This document shows positions 19,452 to 29,611 of a stretch of 64,000 nucleotides of DNA, piece after piece (the first letter of the stretch is position 1; each line of letters begins with the position of its first letter). The DNA is from Candidatus Dojkabacteria bacterium (lineage in GTDB: Bacteria; Patescibacteriota; Dojkabacteria; SC72). The notes beneath the pieces are model-generated. The model saw only the letters and a program-made list of their open reading frames with translations. It was not told the origin of the DNA and did no database searches. The stretch spans positions 191,151-255,150 of the forward strand of contig JBMNHC010000001.1 in assembly GCA_050950165.1 (NCBI GenBank), read 5' to 3'. The position numbers and the translations under genes were made by a program.

Positions 19452-19795
19452 GCACCAAGTAAGCCAGATTCTGTATCAAACGATCATCTATCTATGCGGC
19501 TTTGCCTTGCTCCAAGAGGGGGTTACCACGCAGTAGCACATTACTGCACTACCCGGTGGTCTCTTACACCACCATTTCACCCTTACCCAGCTAATTTATA
19601 GTATGAACCTCTACCTACCACTACACCATATTCATACTACAGATTAGCTGGGCGGTATAACTTTCTGTTGCCCTTTTCTCCGAAAGATCACTCCCTCCCA
19701 ACTTTCGTTGGCTCTTACCTCTAATGTGAGACAACACGGAGTCTGGACTTTCCTCACTAATTATTAATTAGCGCGACCGTATATGATACTTACGC
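19446..19795 (-). ncRNA. rnpB: RNase P RNA (reduced type A-like)
   Basis: Minus strand has GAGGAAAGTCC, ACAGAAA, GGTGAAA, GGAGCAAG, ACAGAATCTGGCTTA; P1 GCGTAAGTATCA/TGGTGCTTACGC; TGGTATAAT promoter upstream. Confidence 0.93.
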
Positions 19796-19817
19796 TCTAT
19801 ATTATACCATTTCTACG

Positions 19818-20696
19818 CTACTTTTTCCTCTTTCTCTTTACCAAAAAGTACACTACACCAACAGGAAGAAGAAGTAGAGGTGAAAACACCAAAACCCATA
19901 TCCCAAGATTTAACAAACCCTTCAAAACAGAAACCAAAGCATTTAAAGCCACCTTAAGCTCCCCCAACGGCCTCCAAGCCTCATCCGAAATATTCAACCC
20001 CACCTTATCAATACTAAATGCTACAGTTATATATGAATAATCTGTTTTACTATCAAGATACCTCTTCTGTGCCTCATATCTCTCTATCTCACCCCTCACA
20101 TTACTAAGCTCTTTTTGAACAGCTAAAATATCTGTAACACTCTTAGCATTACCTAAAATACCAACTAACTGACTCTCAACACTCCTTAAATTCTTAAGCC
20201 TAGAAGTAATATCAATATATTCTTCTGTCACATCCAATGTAGAAATTCTTGCATACTCTACCTCCACACCCATCTCTTTAACATCCTCATAGTAGTCCTC
20301 AAAGTCTGCAACAGGAACCCTCACTGTAACATTTACCACCCTATCATTCCCTTTACCGTAATCATCTATATCCATAACCTGAGCAGAATATTTTGCATTT
20401 ACCCCTTTTAACATCTCTAAAGACGCATCTATCTTCTCGACAAGAAGAGATATACTACCATTCTTCTGAATCTTAGAACCCTCAAAACTACTCTCTACCT
20501 CATCAAATGCAACATCATCCTGCTCATACAAAGGAGCAACATCCATATTCACAGTTGACTTACTATTCCGATACCCAACAATCGCATTACCATCTCGATA
20601 TTGAAACCTAGCTCTAGCAAACAGAACACTAACAAAAACCACCACACCTAAAGCCAAAACCACAAAAAGAATAACAAACAAAGTTCTCTTTCTCAT
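19818..20696 (-). CDS. DUF4349-like membrane protein
   Basis: VRVP, DVTEEYIDITSRL, ELSNVRGEIE, YSYITV; N- and C-terminal TMs. Confidence 0.8.
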   Translation of the reverse strand: MRKRTLFVILFVVLALGVVVFVSVLFARARFQYRDGNAIVGYRNSKSTVNMDVAPLYEQDDVAFDEVESSFEGSKIQKNGSISLLVEKIDASLEMLKGVNAKYSAQVMDIDDYGKGNDRVVNVTVRVPVADFEDYYEDVKEMGVEVEYARISTLDVTEEYIDITSRLKNLRSVESQLVGILGNAKSVTDILAVQKELSNVRGEIERYEAQKRYLDSKTDYSYITVAFSIDKVGLNISDEAWRPLGELKVALNALVSVLKGLLNLGIWVLVFSPLLLLPVGVVYFLVKRKRKK

Positions 20697-20769
20697 ATAT
20701 TGAAATATTAAAAATATGATATATAAAAATATACCCTAACCACAATACTTAATCAACAGAAAAACATCT

Positions 20770-21069
20770 CTAAGATAACCCTACCAAAGAAAAGATTACC
20801 TCCAAACTATCCTCCTTGCTACTCTTAACCCTATGCAAATATCCACACTCTAAGCATTTGTAATATATACGATACCCACCATGCCAAGGCTCTGCCTTAA
20901 TCGGCTCCATTAAACCACCACAACTAGAGGCCCTATCCCCTGGATTAATATCTACATGTTTAGAAAAAAGACAAACAGGACAATGGTCTGTATACCCATC
21001 ACCCCTCGTACTACTACCACAATGCTCACAAGTGAAATCTTCAATCTTCCTCTGAAACCTTCTTCCCAT
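20770..21069 (-). CDS. RNHCP-domain zinc-binding protein
   Basis: FTCEHCG, TDHCPVCLFSKHVD, PGDRASSCGGLMEP, CLECG. Confidence 0.85.
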   Translation of the reverse strand: MGRRFQRKIEDFTCEHCGSSTRGDGYTDHCPVCLFSKHVDINPGDRASSCGGLMEPIKAEPWHGGYRIYYKCLECGYLHRVKSSKEDSLEVIFSLVGLS

Positions 21070-21076
21070 ACCTTAA

Positions 21077-21475
21077 CTATCTCTTTGAGAACTGAGGCTT
21101 CTTTCTAGCCTTAAGTCTATGATATTTCTTTCTCTCAACCTCTCTAGGATCTCTTGTTATCAAACCAGCCTTCCTAAGAACAGGCTTCAATGTCTCATCC
21201 ATACTATAAAGGGCTCTAGCCAACCCCAATGTAATACTATCTGCCTGAGCAACAATACCACCACCACTAACCTTTGCTACAAAATGATACTTCCCCTCCA
21301 AACCAGTAGTTGTAAATGGCTTCATCACCTTATCTAGTGCAGCAGGAGTACTAGCAAAATATGAATCAACAGCCTTACCATTAACCATACTAGCCTTATC
21401 TCCAACAAAAAGCCTTACTCTAGATGTAGACCTCTTTCTTCTCCCTATACCTTCAAAATATTTCTCCTTAGCCAC
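21077..21475 (-). CDS. rpsI: 30S ribosomal protein S9
   Basis: GRRK, TRDPREVERKK, QFSKR. Confidence 0.98.
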   Translation of the reverse strand: MAKEKYFEGIGRRKRSTSRVRLFVGDKASMVNGKAVDSYFASTPAALDKVMKPFTTTGLEGKYHFVAKVSGGGIVAQADSITLGLARALYSMDETLKPVLRKAGLITRDPREVERKKYHRLKARKKPQFSKR

Positions 21476-21488
21476 TTACTTAAGCCTA

Positions 21489-21923
21489 TTAAAATTTATA
21501 CTCTTTAGGATTCTGTCCACCATGCTTATGCTCTCCAGCTGGATAAACAAAAAGCCTATTCATTCTTAAATCTCTCAACTTGTTCTTAGGTATCATATTC
21601 TTAACAGCATCCACAACAACCTTAGTAGAATCCCTTTTCATCTGATCTGCAAAAACTACCTCTCTCCAACCACCAGGATACCCAGAATGACGATAGTAGA
21701 TCTTCTTATTCTCTTTCCCTCTACTAAGCTTCACCTTATCACTATTTATCACTACTACATAATCACCACAATCAACATTAGGAACAATCTCAGGCTTACC
21801 CTTACCAATCAAAAGAGAAGCTACCCTCGTTGCTAATCGCCCAAGAATCAAATCCTGTGCATCTACAAGATACCACTCTCTCTTTACATCTTCTTTTTTA
21901 GTCCACTCTGTCTTGTACTTCAT
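21489..21923 (-). CDS. rplM: 50S ribosomal protein L13
   Basis: WYLVDA, LGRLAT, DCGDYVVVIN, HSGYPGG. Confidence 0.98.
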   Translation of the reverse strand: MKYKTEWTKKEDVKREWYLVDAQDLILGRLATRVASLLIGKGKPEIVPNVDCGDYVVVINSDKVKLSRGKENKKIYYRHSGYPGGWREVVFADQMKRDSTKVVVDAVKNMIPKNKLRDLRMNRLFVYPAGEHKHGGQNPKEYKF

Positions 21924-21943
21924 TCTTTAGTTGGTAATATAAA

Positions 21944-22459
21944 TTAAAGCCCTGATCTAGACTTAGCTCTCTCTTTCTTAATAACCTCTGCCTTCTTAGG
22001 CAAAACCTTCTTAGCTCCCAAGTTCAATATATTTCTCTTAACTGGCTCCTTTTTCTCCTCAACTTTCTTCTCCTCTACCTTTGCCTTACTACCCCTCTTA
22101 CTCTTTTTAACTCTCAATCCCCCCACTACTATCTGAGACATCTCTGAATTATCTCCATCCCTAAACCCTACCTTTCTAATCAAAACCTTACTATCCCCCT
22201 TCTTACAAAACTCCATAAATTTCTCTACCAACCTCCTATTACCCAAAATCTCCTCTAACACTCTTCTAACATTCAAATCTCCCTCCCTCTTTACTGTTTT
22301 TAGAATAAGGGACTCTATCTCACCCTTAACTACCTTAGCCTTAACAGTGGTAGTCTTAATACTACCATTTTTAACCAGTGATCTAATCTGGTTTTGTACC
22401 AAAGCCTTCCTATGCGAACTCTTCCTCCCTAATTTTTTAACTCCAATCTTGTTATACAC
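21944..22459 (-). CDS. rplQ: 50S ribosomal protein L17 with Lys-rich C-terminal tail
   Basis: KLGRKSSHRKAL, IKTTTVKAK, FRDGDNSEM; follows rpoA. Confidence 0.93.
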   Translation of the reverse strand: MYNKIGVKKLGRKSSHRKALVQNQIRSLVKNGSIKTTTVKAKVVKGEIESLILKTVKREGDLNVRRVLEEILGNRRLVEKFMEFCKKGDSKVLIRKVGFRDGDNSEMSQIVVGGLRVKKSKRGSKAKVEEKKVEEKKEPVKRNILNLGAKKVLPKKAEVIKKERAKSRSGL

Positions 22460-22461
22460 AA

Positions 22462-23424
22462 CTATTCACTCTTAATATTAATTCCATAAGTACCCAAAAG
22501 CTCTACAACCTCATTAAGCGACTTATTCCCAAATCCTGACAAAGAAAGTAAATCATCTACAGATACATCTCTTAAATCTCCTACTGTCTTGTATCCACCA
22601 GACAGTAAACCTGTCTTTGACCTCTTAGATATCTGCAAATCTTCAATTCTCAAGTCATTAACCTCATCATACTCTTCCTCAACAACCTCCTCTACTTCAA
22701 CAGTATTAATCTCCTCTTCTCTCTGCTCTACCTCTTTCTTAGAAATCCCCATAGCAATCATTACCTTACCTGCAAACTCCTGCAAAATCTTAGCTGACTC
22801 CAAAAGAGCATCCTTAGGAGTAATACTTCCATCTGTCTCTACCTCAATTACTACTGCATCTAAATCCGTCTCCTGCCCCTTACGAGTCTGCTCAACACTA
22901 ATACCTACTCTCTCGATGGGAGTAAAATCACAATCTAGAGGAATCATTCCACCCTCTTCTCTATCAATATTTCTAGCATCCCTATACCCAACACCTGACT
23001 CTACAACAAGCTCCATAACTAACTCTGCAGAATCATCTGTTAAATTTGCAATCACAATATCTGGAGTAGCAACTGTAACACCAGACTCCACCTCAATATC
23101 AGAAGCCTTTACAACCTTCTTACCCTTCACAGACACCTTACAAATCTTCTTATCTTCTGAATCTACTCTAAACTTAACCTGCTTAAGATTAAGAATAATG
23201 GTTACCAAATCCTCCTTTATACCATTCAAAGTAGAATACTCATGCTTAGCCCCTTTTACCTTAACAGCAGTAACACCAGCACCTACCAAACTTGAGTAAA
23301 GAATCCTTCTTAATGCATTACCTAAAGTATGACCATACCCTCTTGGTAATGGAGAGATATCATAGATACCAACATTACCCTCTTCTTTCTTTATACTAAC
23401 TTTTATATCTTTAAATACTTCCAT
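22462..23424 (-). CDS. rpoA: RNA polymerase alpha subunit
   Basis: PLPRGYGHTLGNALRRIL, HEYSTL, GFGNKSLNEV. Confidence 0.98.
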   Translation of the reverse strand: MEVFKDIKVSIKKEEGNVGIYDISPLPRGYGHTLGNALRRILYSSLVGAGVTAVKVKGAKHEYSTLNGIKEDLVTIILNLKQVKFRVDSEDKKICKVSVKGKKVVKASDIEVESGVTVATPDIVIANLTDDSAELVMELVVESGVGYRDARNIDREEGGMIPLDCDFTPIERVGISVEQTRKGQETDLDAVVIEVETDGSITPKDALLESAKILQEFAGKVMIAMGISKKEVEQREEEINTVEVEEVVEEEYDEVNDLRIEDLQISKRSKTGLLSGGYKTVGDLRDVSVDDLLSLSGFGNKSLNEVVELLGTYGINIKSE

Positions 23425-23444
23425 GATTTATATAAAACAAATTA

Positions 23445-24056
23445 TTATCTAGAGTAGTACTCTATAATGAGGTTCTCACGAATCCCCTCATCAATTTCAT
23501 CTCTAATAGGTAATCTAGCCACCTTAGCCTTATTACCCTTAGACTCAATCCATTCAGGAGTAGCAAAAAACTTCTCCGCTGGAGCCAAAGCTGCCTTCTT
23601 CAACTCCAAAGAATCTCCCTCTTTCATCTCAAAAGAAGGAATTGTAAATTTCTCACCATTTAAAAGTACATGACCATGTACTACATACTGTCTAGCAGCA
23701 GACCTTGATGGAGCTAACCCTGCTAAGTAAAGCACATTATCTACTCTCAACTCTAACAACCTTAAAAGCTCTAACCCCTTATCTGTATTGTATACCTTAG
23801 ATCTCCTATCTGCTTCTACATACATATTTTTAAACTGCTTCTCTCTCACACCATATGTCCTCTTTACCTTCTGCTTCTCTCTTAACTGCAGACCGAAGTT
23901 TGAAAGCCTAGCTCTCCTCTTATTCCCATGCTGTCCAGGTGCAAAAGGCTTCCTCTTAAGACCACTCTTCTCTGAAAAAGACCTAGAACCCTTAAGATAA
24001 AGTTCTACACCCTCTCGTCTACTTAATCTCTCTTTTGGTCCAGTATGTCTACCCAT
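23445..24056 (-). CDS. rpsD: 30S ribosomal protein S4
   Basis: PGQHG, QLREKQK, LELRVDN, IIEYYSR. Confidence 0.98.
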   Translation of the reverse strand: MGRHTGPKERLSRREGVELYLKGSRSFSEKSGLKRKPFAPGQHGNKRRARLSNFGLQLREKQKVKRTYGVREKQFKNMYVEADRRSKVYNTDKGLELLRLLELRVDNVLYLAGLAPSRSAARQYVVHGHVLLNGEKFTIPSFEMKEGDSLELKKAALAPAEKFFATPEWIESKGNKAKVARLPIRDEIDEGIRENLIIEYYSR

Positions 24057-24074
24057 TTATATCTAAATAAAATA

Positions 24075-24455
24075 TTACTTTCTTGGTGCCTTCCTAGGTC
24101 TACAACCATTATGAGGCAAAGGAGTCTTATCCACTAAAGTTGTAATCTTTAACCCTGCAGAATCTAAACCCTTAACAGCTGCATTTCTACCTGCTCCAGG
24201 GCCACTAACAACAACTTTAACATCTCTCAAACCATATTTTTTAATAGCCTTCTCCGCTGCATCAATCGCTGCCTTAGTAGCTGCAAATGCTGTACTTCTT
24301 CTAGTCCCCTTAAAACCTACAATACTAGGGCTACCCTGTACTAATACCTCTCCATTCATATCGGTAATAGAGATAATGGTATTGTTAAATGTAGATTGAA
24401 TAGTTGCAATACCAGATGACACACTCTTCTTAGCTTTTTTCTTAGCAGTTGCCAT
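24075..24455 (-). CDS. rpsK: 30S ribosomal protein S11
   Basis: STFNNTI, GPGAGR, PHNGCRP. Confidence 0.98.
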   Translation of the reverse strand: MATAKKKAKKSVSSGIATIQSTFNNTIISITDMNGEVLVQGSPSIVGFKGTRRSTAFAATKAAIDAAEKAIKKYGLRDVKVVVSGPGAGRNAAVKGLDSAGLKITTLVDKTPLPHNGCRPRKAPRK

Positions 24456-24460
24456 ATATA

Positions 24461-24844
24461 TTAAGTCTTTTCTAATTTACGATTTAATCCACCTACAGGT
24501 CTACTCCTTCCCTTTCTAGTATGAGCATTATGTCTAGTTCTCTGCCCTCTAACAGGTAAACCTAACTTATGCCTAGTACCCCTGTAGCTTTTAATATCTT
24601 TCAATCTCTTAATCTCTCTAAATACCTTCTGCCTTAACTCTCCTTCCACCTGATAGTTCTTGTCCAAATACCCTCTAATCAAATCTAGCTGAGACTCATC
24701 AAGATCTTTTACAAAAAGAGTCCCATCTATCTTAACCTCTCTACAGATATCTTTTGCAGACTTCTCTCCAATACCATATATACTCATTAAAGAGACCCAC
24801 AATCTCTTATCATTTGGTATTTCTACTCCTGCTACTCTTGCCAT
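24461..24844 (-). CDS. rpsM: 30S ribosomal protein S13
   Basis: [21 protein letters not shown]. Confidence 0.98.
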   Translation of the reverse strand: MARVAGVEIPNDKRLWVSLMSIYGIGEKSAKDICREVKIDGTLFVKDLDESQLDLIRGYLDKNYQVEGELRQKVFREIKRLKDIKSYRGTRHKLGLPVRGQRTRHNAHTRKGRSRPVGGLNRKLEKT

Positions 24845-24876
24845 ATATATTAATATTATTAAGTCTAGTTAAATAT

Positions 24877-24993
24877 TTACCCCTGCCTCTGCTTATGATT
24901 AGGGTTCTTTCTACAATACACATATACTCGCCCTTTTCTGCGAATCGTATAACAATCTGCACATCTCTTTTTTACCGAAGCCTGTACTTTCAT
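24877..24993 (-). CDS. rpmJ: 50S ribosomal protein L36 (below ORF-track cutoff)
   Basis: Translates [38 protein letters not shown]. Confidence 0.96.
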   Translation of the reverse strand: MKVQASVKKRCADCYTIRRKGRVYVYCRKNPNHKQRQG

Positions 24994-24995
24994 TT

Positions 24996-25229
24996 TTATT
25001 TCATTCTATATGTTATTCTCCCCTGCGTTTTATCATATGGGGTCATCTCTATCTTCACCCTATCTCCCTCCAAGATTCGAATGTAGTTCATTCTCATCTT
25101 TCCTGATAAATAGCCAACAACCTCGTGCTTTACACCATTTACATCAATTTCTACTAGAAATTTTGTATTAGGTAAGCACTCTTTCACCTCACCTTCAAAT
25201 TCATAAACTTTCTTTGTATCTACGGTCAT
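24996..25229 (-). CDS. infA: Translation initiation factor IF-1
   Basis: [32 protein letters not shown]. Confidence 0.98.
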   Translation of the reverse strand: MTVDTKKVYEFEGEVKECLPNTKFLVEIDVNGVKHEVVGYLSGKMRMNYIRILEGDRVKIEMTPYDKTQGRITYRMK

Positions 25230-25263
25230 AAACCCTTATCTATAAATAAATAGAGTCCTGAGC

Positions 25264-25292
25264 ATTATATCAAAAGTATACGCCTTTTTCAA
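25264..25292 (-). promoter_or_regulatory. Sigma70-type promoter of the infA-alpha operon
   Basis: TTGAAA-17 bp-TATAAT with TG extension. Confidence 0.7.
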
Positions 25293-25391
25293 AGATTTAA
25301 AGCCACTTTCTTTAGGAATATCACCAGGAAAGCTACAAAGACGAGTTAAGCATATCAAAAAGAGAAACTTTTTACAACCCTAACAACATAT

Positions 25392-26627
25392 CTAATCCCT
25401 CTGCTTCCCTTGAAACAAGAAAATCATAATCTCTTTTATTGTCGGCCTCCTATTGTACATTAAACACCCAATCTCAAACAATTTGTATGAAATTGCGATT
25501 GCAATAACGACATAGACAATACCAAACACAATTGTAAGCACTAACTCACGTGGAGGTAACGTACCCAAAGAATTTCTTAATACAGCAACCATATATGAAC
25601 TAAATGGAAAATATGTAAAAATCCTAGAAATTAATGATTCAGGCTCCATAATTAAAGGCTGAATCACATACAAAGGAGCAACTGAAAGCATAACAAAGAT
25701 AGTAGAAAGATTCCTACTATCCTCTGCACCAGTACCAATTGCACCAACACCTACCATTACCGCACCAAAGAAAATGAACCCTAAAATTATCATCAAAATC
25801 GTAAACGGCAATGTCCTAAGATCAATATTATTTAGATTAATAGGTAAACTCATATCCAAAAATTTTGTTGCAACAAATGTCAACACTACCGCAAATATTA
25901 ACCATATCAATAGCTGTGTCAGTACAACAGCCATAAGACCTACCATCTTACCAATCATCAAGGACTTCTTATCAACAATTGAAAGCATTGTCTCTATCAT
26001 CCTATTCTCTTTCTCATTTGATACACTCTGAAGAAGATAGGTAGAAGAGATAAATACTGCCATGAAGAAAACTAACATTGAGAGAATAGGGACAATGAAC
26101 TTATCAAACCCCTGCTTAGATTCATTACCCTCAGCATCTAATGTATACGTCTCTGATGTTATCTCACCACTGAGTAAAACCTTAGATCTCTCATTCTCAA
26201 TACTCTCAATTGCACCTGATTTAATTACACCACTCATCAATGCAGGAACATTAGCAGCCCTCATCAAATCCCCATCGTCTTTATAAAGAACTTCATATTT
26301 CAATGTAGACAAGAAATCCTCTGGAAGAACCACTAACACTATCTTAGAATCATTAATCAACTCATCTTTAACAGCCTCTTTACTCTCAGCCTTAAAAAGA
26401 GGAGGCACTATTTTATCACTTGGAATAATATCCTGATTATCAACAACATACACCTTCTCTAAAGAAAGACCCTTCTCCATATTCTTACTCGATTGATATG
26501 ATGACCACCCAGATATAAACATTATCAATGCCATAAAAATTGGAAAGAACAAAGTAGAAGCCCAAAACGAACCCTTTTTAACAATCTTTAGATACTCAAA
26601 TTTTGCTATATCTTTTACCTTACTCAT
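25392..26627 (-). CDS. ABC-2 permease (NatB/YhaP-like)
   Basis: EKENRMIETMLS, GKMVG, multiple TMs. Confidence 0.88.
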   Translation of the reverse strand: MSKVKDIAKFEYLKIVKKGSFWASTLFFPIFMALIMFISGWSSYQSSKNMEKGLSLEKVYVVDNQDIIPSDKIVPPLFKAESKEAVKDELINDSKIVLVVLPEDFLSTLKYEVLYKDDGDLMRAANVPALMSGVIKSGAIESIENERSKVLLSGEITSETYTLDAEGNESKQGFDKFIVPILSMLVFFMAVFISSTYLLQSVSNEKENRMIETMLSIVDKKSLMIGKMVGLMAVVLTQLLIWLIFAVVLTFVATKFLDMSLPINLNNIDLRTLPFTILMIILGFIFFGAVMVGVGAIGTGAEDSRNLSTIFVMLSVAPLYVIQPLIMEPESLISRIFTYFPFSSYMVAVLRNSLGTLPPRELVLTIVFGIVYVVIAIAISYKLFEIGCLMYNRRPTIKEIMIFLFQGKQRD

Positions 26628-27528
26628 CTTTCTTACTCATTAATTCAATAAATATATCATTAAGACTAGGAGCATCAACCTCCATTTTAATAATTTTGGT
26701 CCCATTCTTAATTAAATCGGTAACTACATCATTTGGATCAGTACTCTCATCTTTAGGAGCTATCTCTGCAGTTGTATTAGTCACAGTACTCCTATACAGT
26801 TTAGTATCCCTCTGTGGAGCCTTACCACTAAACTCAATCACAATATTATTACTCCCATATTTCCTTCTTACCTCTGCAACCCTCCCATACTCAACCCTTC
26901 TTCCTTCTTTAATCATCACTATACTATCCGACATCTTTTGAGCCTCATCGATAACATGAGTACTGTAAAGAATTGTTGCCCCTTTATGAGCTTGTTCTAT
27001 GAACTTATCAACAAATAACTGCCTATTCATAGCATCTAAGCCCTTAAACGGCTCGTCCAAAATTAATATCTCTGGCTCATGAATCAGTGCCGTACCCAAC
27101 TGTACTTTCTGTTGCATACCCGAACTTAACTGTGCAATCTTCTTAGCCCTATGCTCATACAGATCAACATCCTTCAAATATTTCTCCGTTTTAGACTTAG
27201 CATCACTACGACTAAAACCTCTTAGTACAGCCGTATACTCCAATATCTCAAGAGGAGTAACATCCTTGTAGATCCCTCTCTCTTCTGGAAGATATCCAAT
27301 CTTACTATTCACCCTCTCTGAATATTCTTCTTCATTTATTAATAACTCTCCACTATCTGGAGTATATATTTTCAAAAGACACCTAATTGTTGTTGTTTTA
27401 CCAGAACCATTTGCACCTAAAAAAGCCATAACTTCACCCTCCTCTACATCAAAAGAGAGATTATCAACAGCCTTAAGATGACCAAAAGATTTTGAAAAGT
27501 TCTTAATATGAATGGAGTAATCTGTCAT
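26620..27528 (-). CDS. ABC transporter ATP-binding protein (NatA/YhaQ-like)
   Basis: GANGSGKTT, GYLPEERG, LSSGMQQK, ILDEPF, STH. Confidence 0.93.
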   Translation of the reverse strand: MTDYSIHIKNFSKSFGHLKAVDNLSFDVEEGEVMAFLGANGSGKTTTIRCLLKIYTPDSGELLINEEEYSERVNSKIGYLPEERGIYKDVTPLEILEYTAVLRGFSRSDAKSKTEKYLKDVDLYEHRAKKIAQLSSGMQQKVQLGTALIHEPEILILDEPFKGLDAMNRQLFVDKFIEQAHKGATILYSTHVIDEAQKMSDSIVMIKEGRRVEYGRVAEVRRKYGSNNIVIEFSGKAPQRDTKLYRSTVTNTTAEIAPKDESTDPNDVVTDLIKNGTKIIKMEVDAPSLNDIFIELMSKKDE

Positions 27529-27575
27529 ACGCAGAAATATTAACAGGAATATTAGGATAAAATCAAGTACATTTT

Positions 27576-28229
27576 TTACTGATTAAGTCCTAGCTTTAAT
27601 ACCACCTCTTTATGAATCTCCTCTATACTAGGAGATGCATCTATCTCAATTAATATGCCCCTAGCCCTATACGTATCTAATATTGCTCCTATCGTCCTAT
27701 TATACTCTCTCAGCCTATTCTTTATCCTATCAGGCTGATCATCTTCCCTCTGAATTAATTTAGTACCACATCTATCACAATATCCTTTTACCTTCTCTGG
27801 CTTATACTTCTCATGATATGTAGTATCACAGTTAGGACAGATCCATCTAAGTGACATTCTCTCAATTGCTGCCTCTTCAGAGAGAGAAAAGTGTACAAAG
27901 TAATCTAATTTCCTATCTACACTAGCTAAAGTATTATCAAACATTGGAATCTGACCAGGATCTCTAACAACGGATATAAAGGCCCAATTCTTCTGTCTAT
28001 CAAACTGTAATATCCATTTATCTAACATGCTATACACCAATTCATTTGGAACCCATTGTCCTTTTGACCAATAGTTGTGAGCTTTAATAGCTTCCAAATC
28101 AGCCTGTTTATACATAGCTCTAAACATCTCTCCAGTAGCAATACTCTCAAACTCATACTTGTCTCTGAGTAATTCTACTTGAGTATCTTTACCACTACCT
28201 GAAGGCCCATGAAAAAGAACTGTCTTCAT
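27576..28229 (-). CDS. adk: Adenylate kinase with Zn-binding LID
   Basis: GPSGSGKDTQ, TGEMFR, CPNC...CDRC, QREDD; follows secY. Confidence 0.93.
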   Translation of the reverse strand: MKTVLFHGPSGSGKDTQVELLRDKYEFESIATGEMFRAMYKQADLEAIKAHNYWSKGQWVPNELVYSMLDKWILQFDRQKNWAFISVVRDPGQIPMFDNTLASVDRKLDYFVHFSLSEEAAIERMSLRWICPNCDTTYHEKYKPEKVKGYCDRCGTKLIQREDDQPDRIKNRLREYNRTIGAILDTYRARGILIEIDASPSIEEIHKEVVLKLGLNQ

Positions 28230-28334
28230 CCCGCTAGCTTATAGTAATATTAAATGTACAGATTTTAACCTAATAAAGAATAAGGTATTGCGAAAAATTA
28301 CACAAGAGGAATAGAGAGAAATTCCAAATAGTAG

Positions 28335-29600
28335 TTATAAATATCGATCGTAATCTCTAACTACAATCATAGAAGAAACCTCTCTCCTAATATCTAAAAC
28401 TACATTAACCATAATTAGAAGACCTGTACCTGTAATTACAGTAGCAGTCATTAAGTTAAGAGATATCAATATGTTGGGAAGTATAGAGATAATTCCTAAA
28501 AATACCGCACCCACAGAAGCTAATCTAAATGCAACACTTCTTAAGTACTTTGAAGTATTAGGACCAGGTCTAATACCAGGAATAAAGCCACCCTGCTTCT
28601 GTAAATTCTTTGCCAATTCATCTGTCTTGAATACTACTGTTAAGTAGAAGAAAGAAAAACCAACAATGAACAAGAAAGTCAAAGTATTACTAAAGTAAGG
28701 ATTCTCTAACAATGCCATAGCCTTAGTAGTAAAATCAGTAATACCATCTCCCATATTTTTACTAAGTATAAATTTCCCAATTAACTGAGGAAAAGAAAGA
28801 AGTGAAACTGCAAATATTACTGGCATCACTCCAAACTGTACTAATTTGATAGGGATATAGCTATCCATCGCACCACCAACTCTTACCCTTCTAGAATATT
28901 GTACTTTTATCTTACGCTGTGCCTCGGTAATATATACAACAGAAATAACCAAAAGAAGTGTAATAGTGATAAACACTCCCTTCTGTAGCGGATCCATTAA
29001 TGTAAAGTTCGATCGAAGTGTACCAGGAATACCAGCAATAATACCTAGAAAGATTAAATATGAAGACCCTCCACCTACACCACTTTCAGAAGTTAATTCT
29101 GCTAACCACATTACAAGAATAGAACCTGCTGTTAGTGTAGCAACCATTACAATTAATTCTAATGTTCCTAACTGTCCTACTAACCCAAAACCTCTCAAAG
29201 TAGAATATATTACAAAAGACTGCATAGCTGCTAAGGGAACTGTTAATAATCGTGTATACATACTAATCTGTTTTCTACCCTCAGGTCCTTCATTTCTTAA
29301 CTCCTCTAACTTAGGAATCACACTTCCTAACAGCTGAAATATGATAGACGCACTAATATATGGACTTAACCCTATCGCTGCAATAGAGGCTGTTTCTAAT
29401 ACACCTCCTGATACAGTAGAGAGCATATCTCCAAAACTACTACCTTCAAAAAGAAGCCTAATAGCATCTGCAGGTATACCAGCAACAGGAATAGCAGCTA
29501 AAAACCTATATGCAAGTAAAACTATTAAAGAAAATATTATTTTTTTTCGTATCTCAACTGTCTTAAAAATACGTTGAGTTACCTCGATAAATTTGCTCAT
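28335..29600 (-). CDS. secY: Preprotein translocase SecY
   Basis: GLSPYISASII, GVMPVIFA, GFIPGIRPG, GTGLLI. Confidence 0.98.
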   Translation of the reverse strand: MSKFIEVTQRIFKTVEIRKKIIFSLIVLLAYRFLAAIPVAGIPADAIRLLFEGSSFGDMLSTVSGGVLETASIAAIGLSPYISASIIFQLLGSVIPKLEELRNEGPEGRKQISMYTRLLTVPLAAMQSFVIYSTLRGFGLVGQLGTLELIVMVATLTAGSILVMWLAELTSESGVGGGSSYLIFLGIIAGIPGTLRSNFTLMDPLQKGVFITITLLLVISVVYITEAQRKIKVQYSRRVRVGGAMDSYIPIKLVQFGVMPVIFAVSLLSFPQLIGKFILSKNMGDGITDFTTKAMALLENPYFSNTLTFLFIVGFSFFYLTVVFKTDELAKNLQKQGGFIPGIRPGPNTSKYLRSVAFRLASVGAVFLGIISILPNILISLNLMTATVITGTGLLIMVNVVLDIRREVSSMIVVRDYDRYL

Positions 29601-29611
29601 ATTTATAGAAG

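Noticed and set aside
22589-23299. Antisense ORFs over rpoA, secY, rpsC, pnp, infB and the 48-52 kb genes
   Set aside because: Codon-register shadows of well-supported genes, with no motifs.
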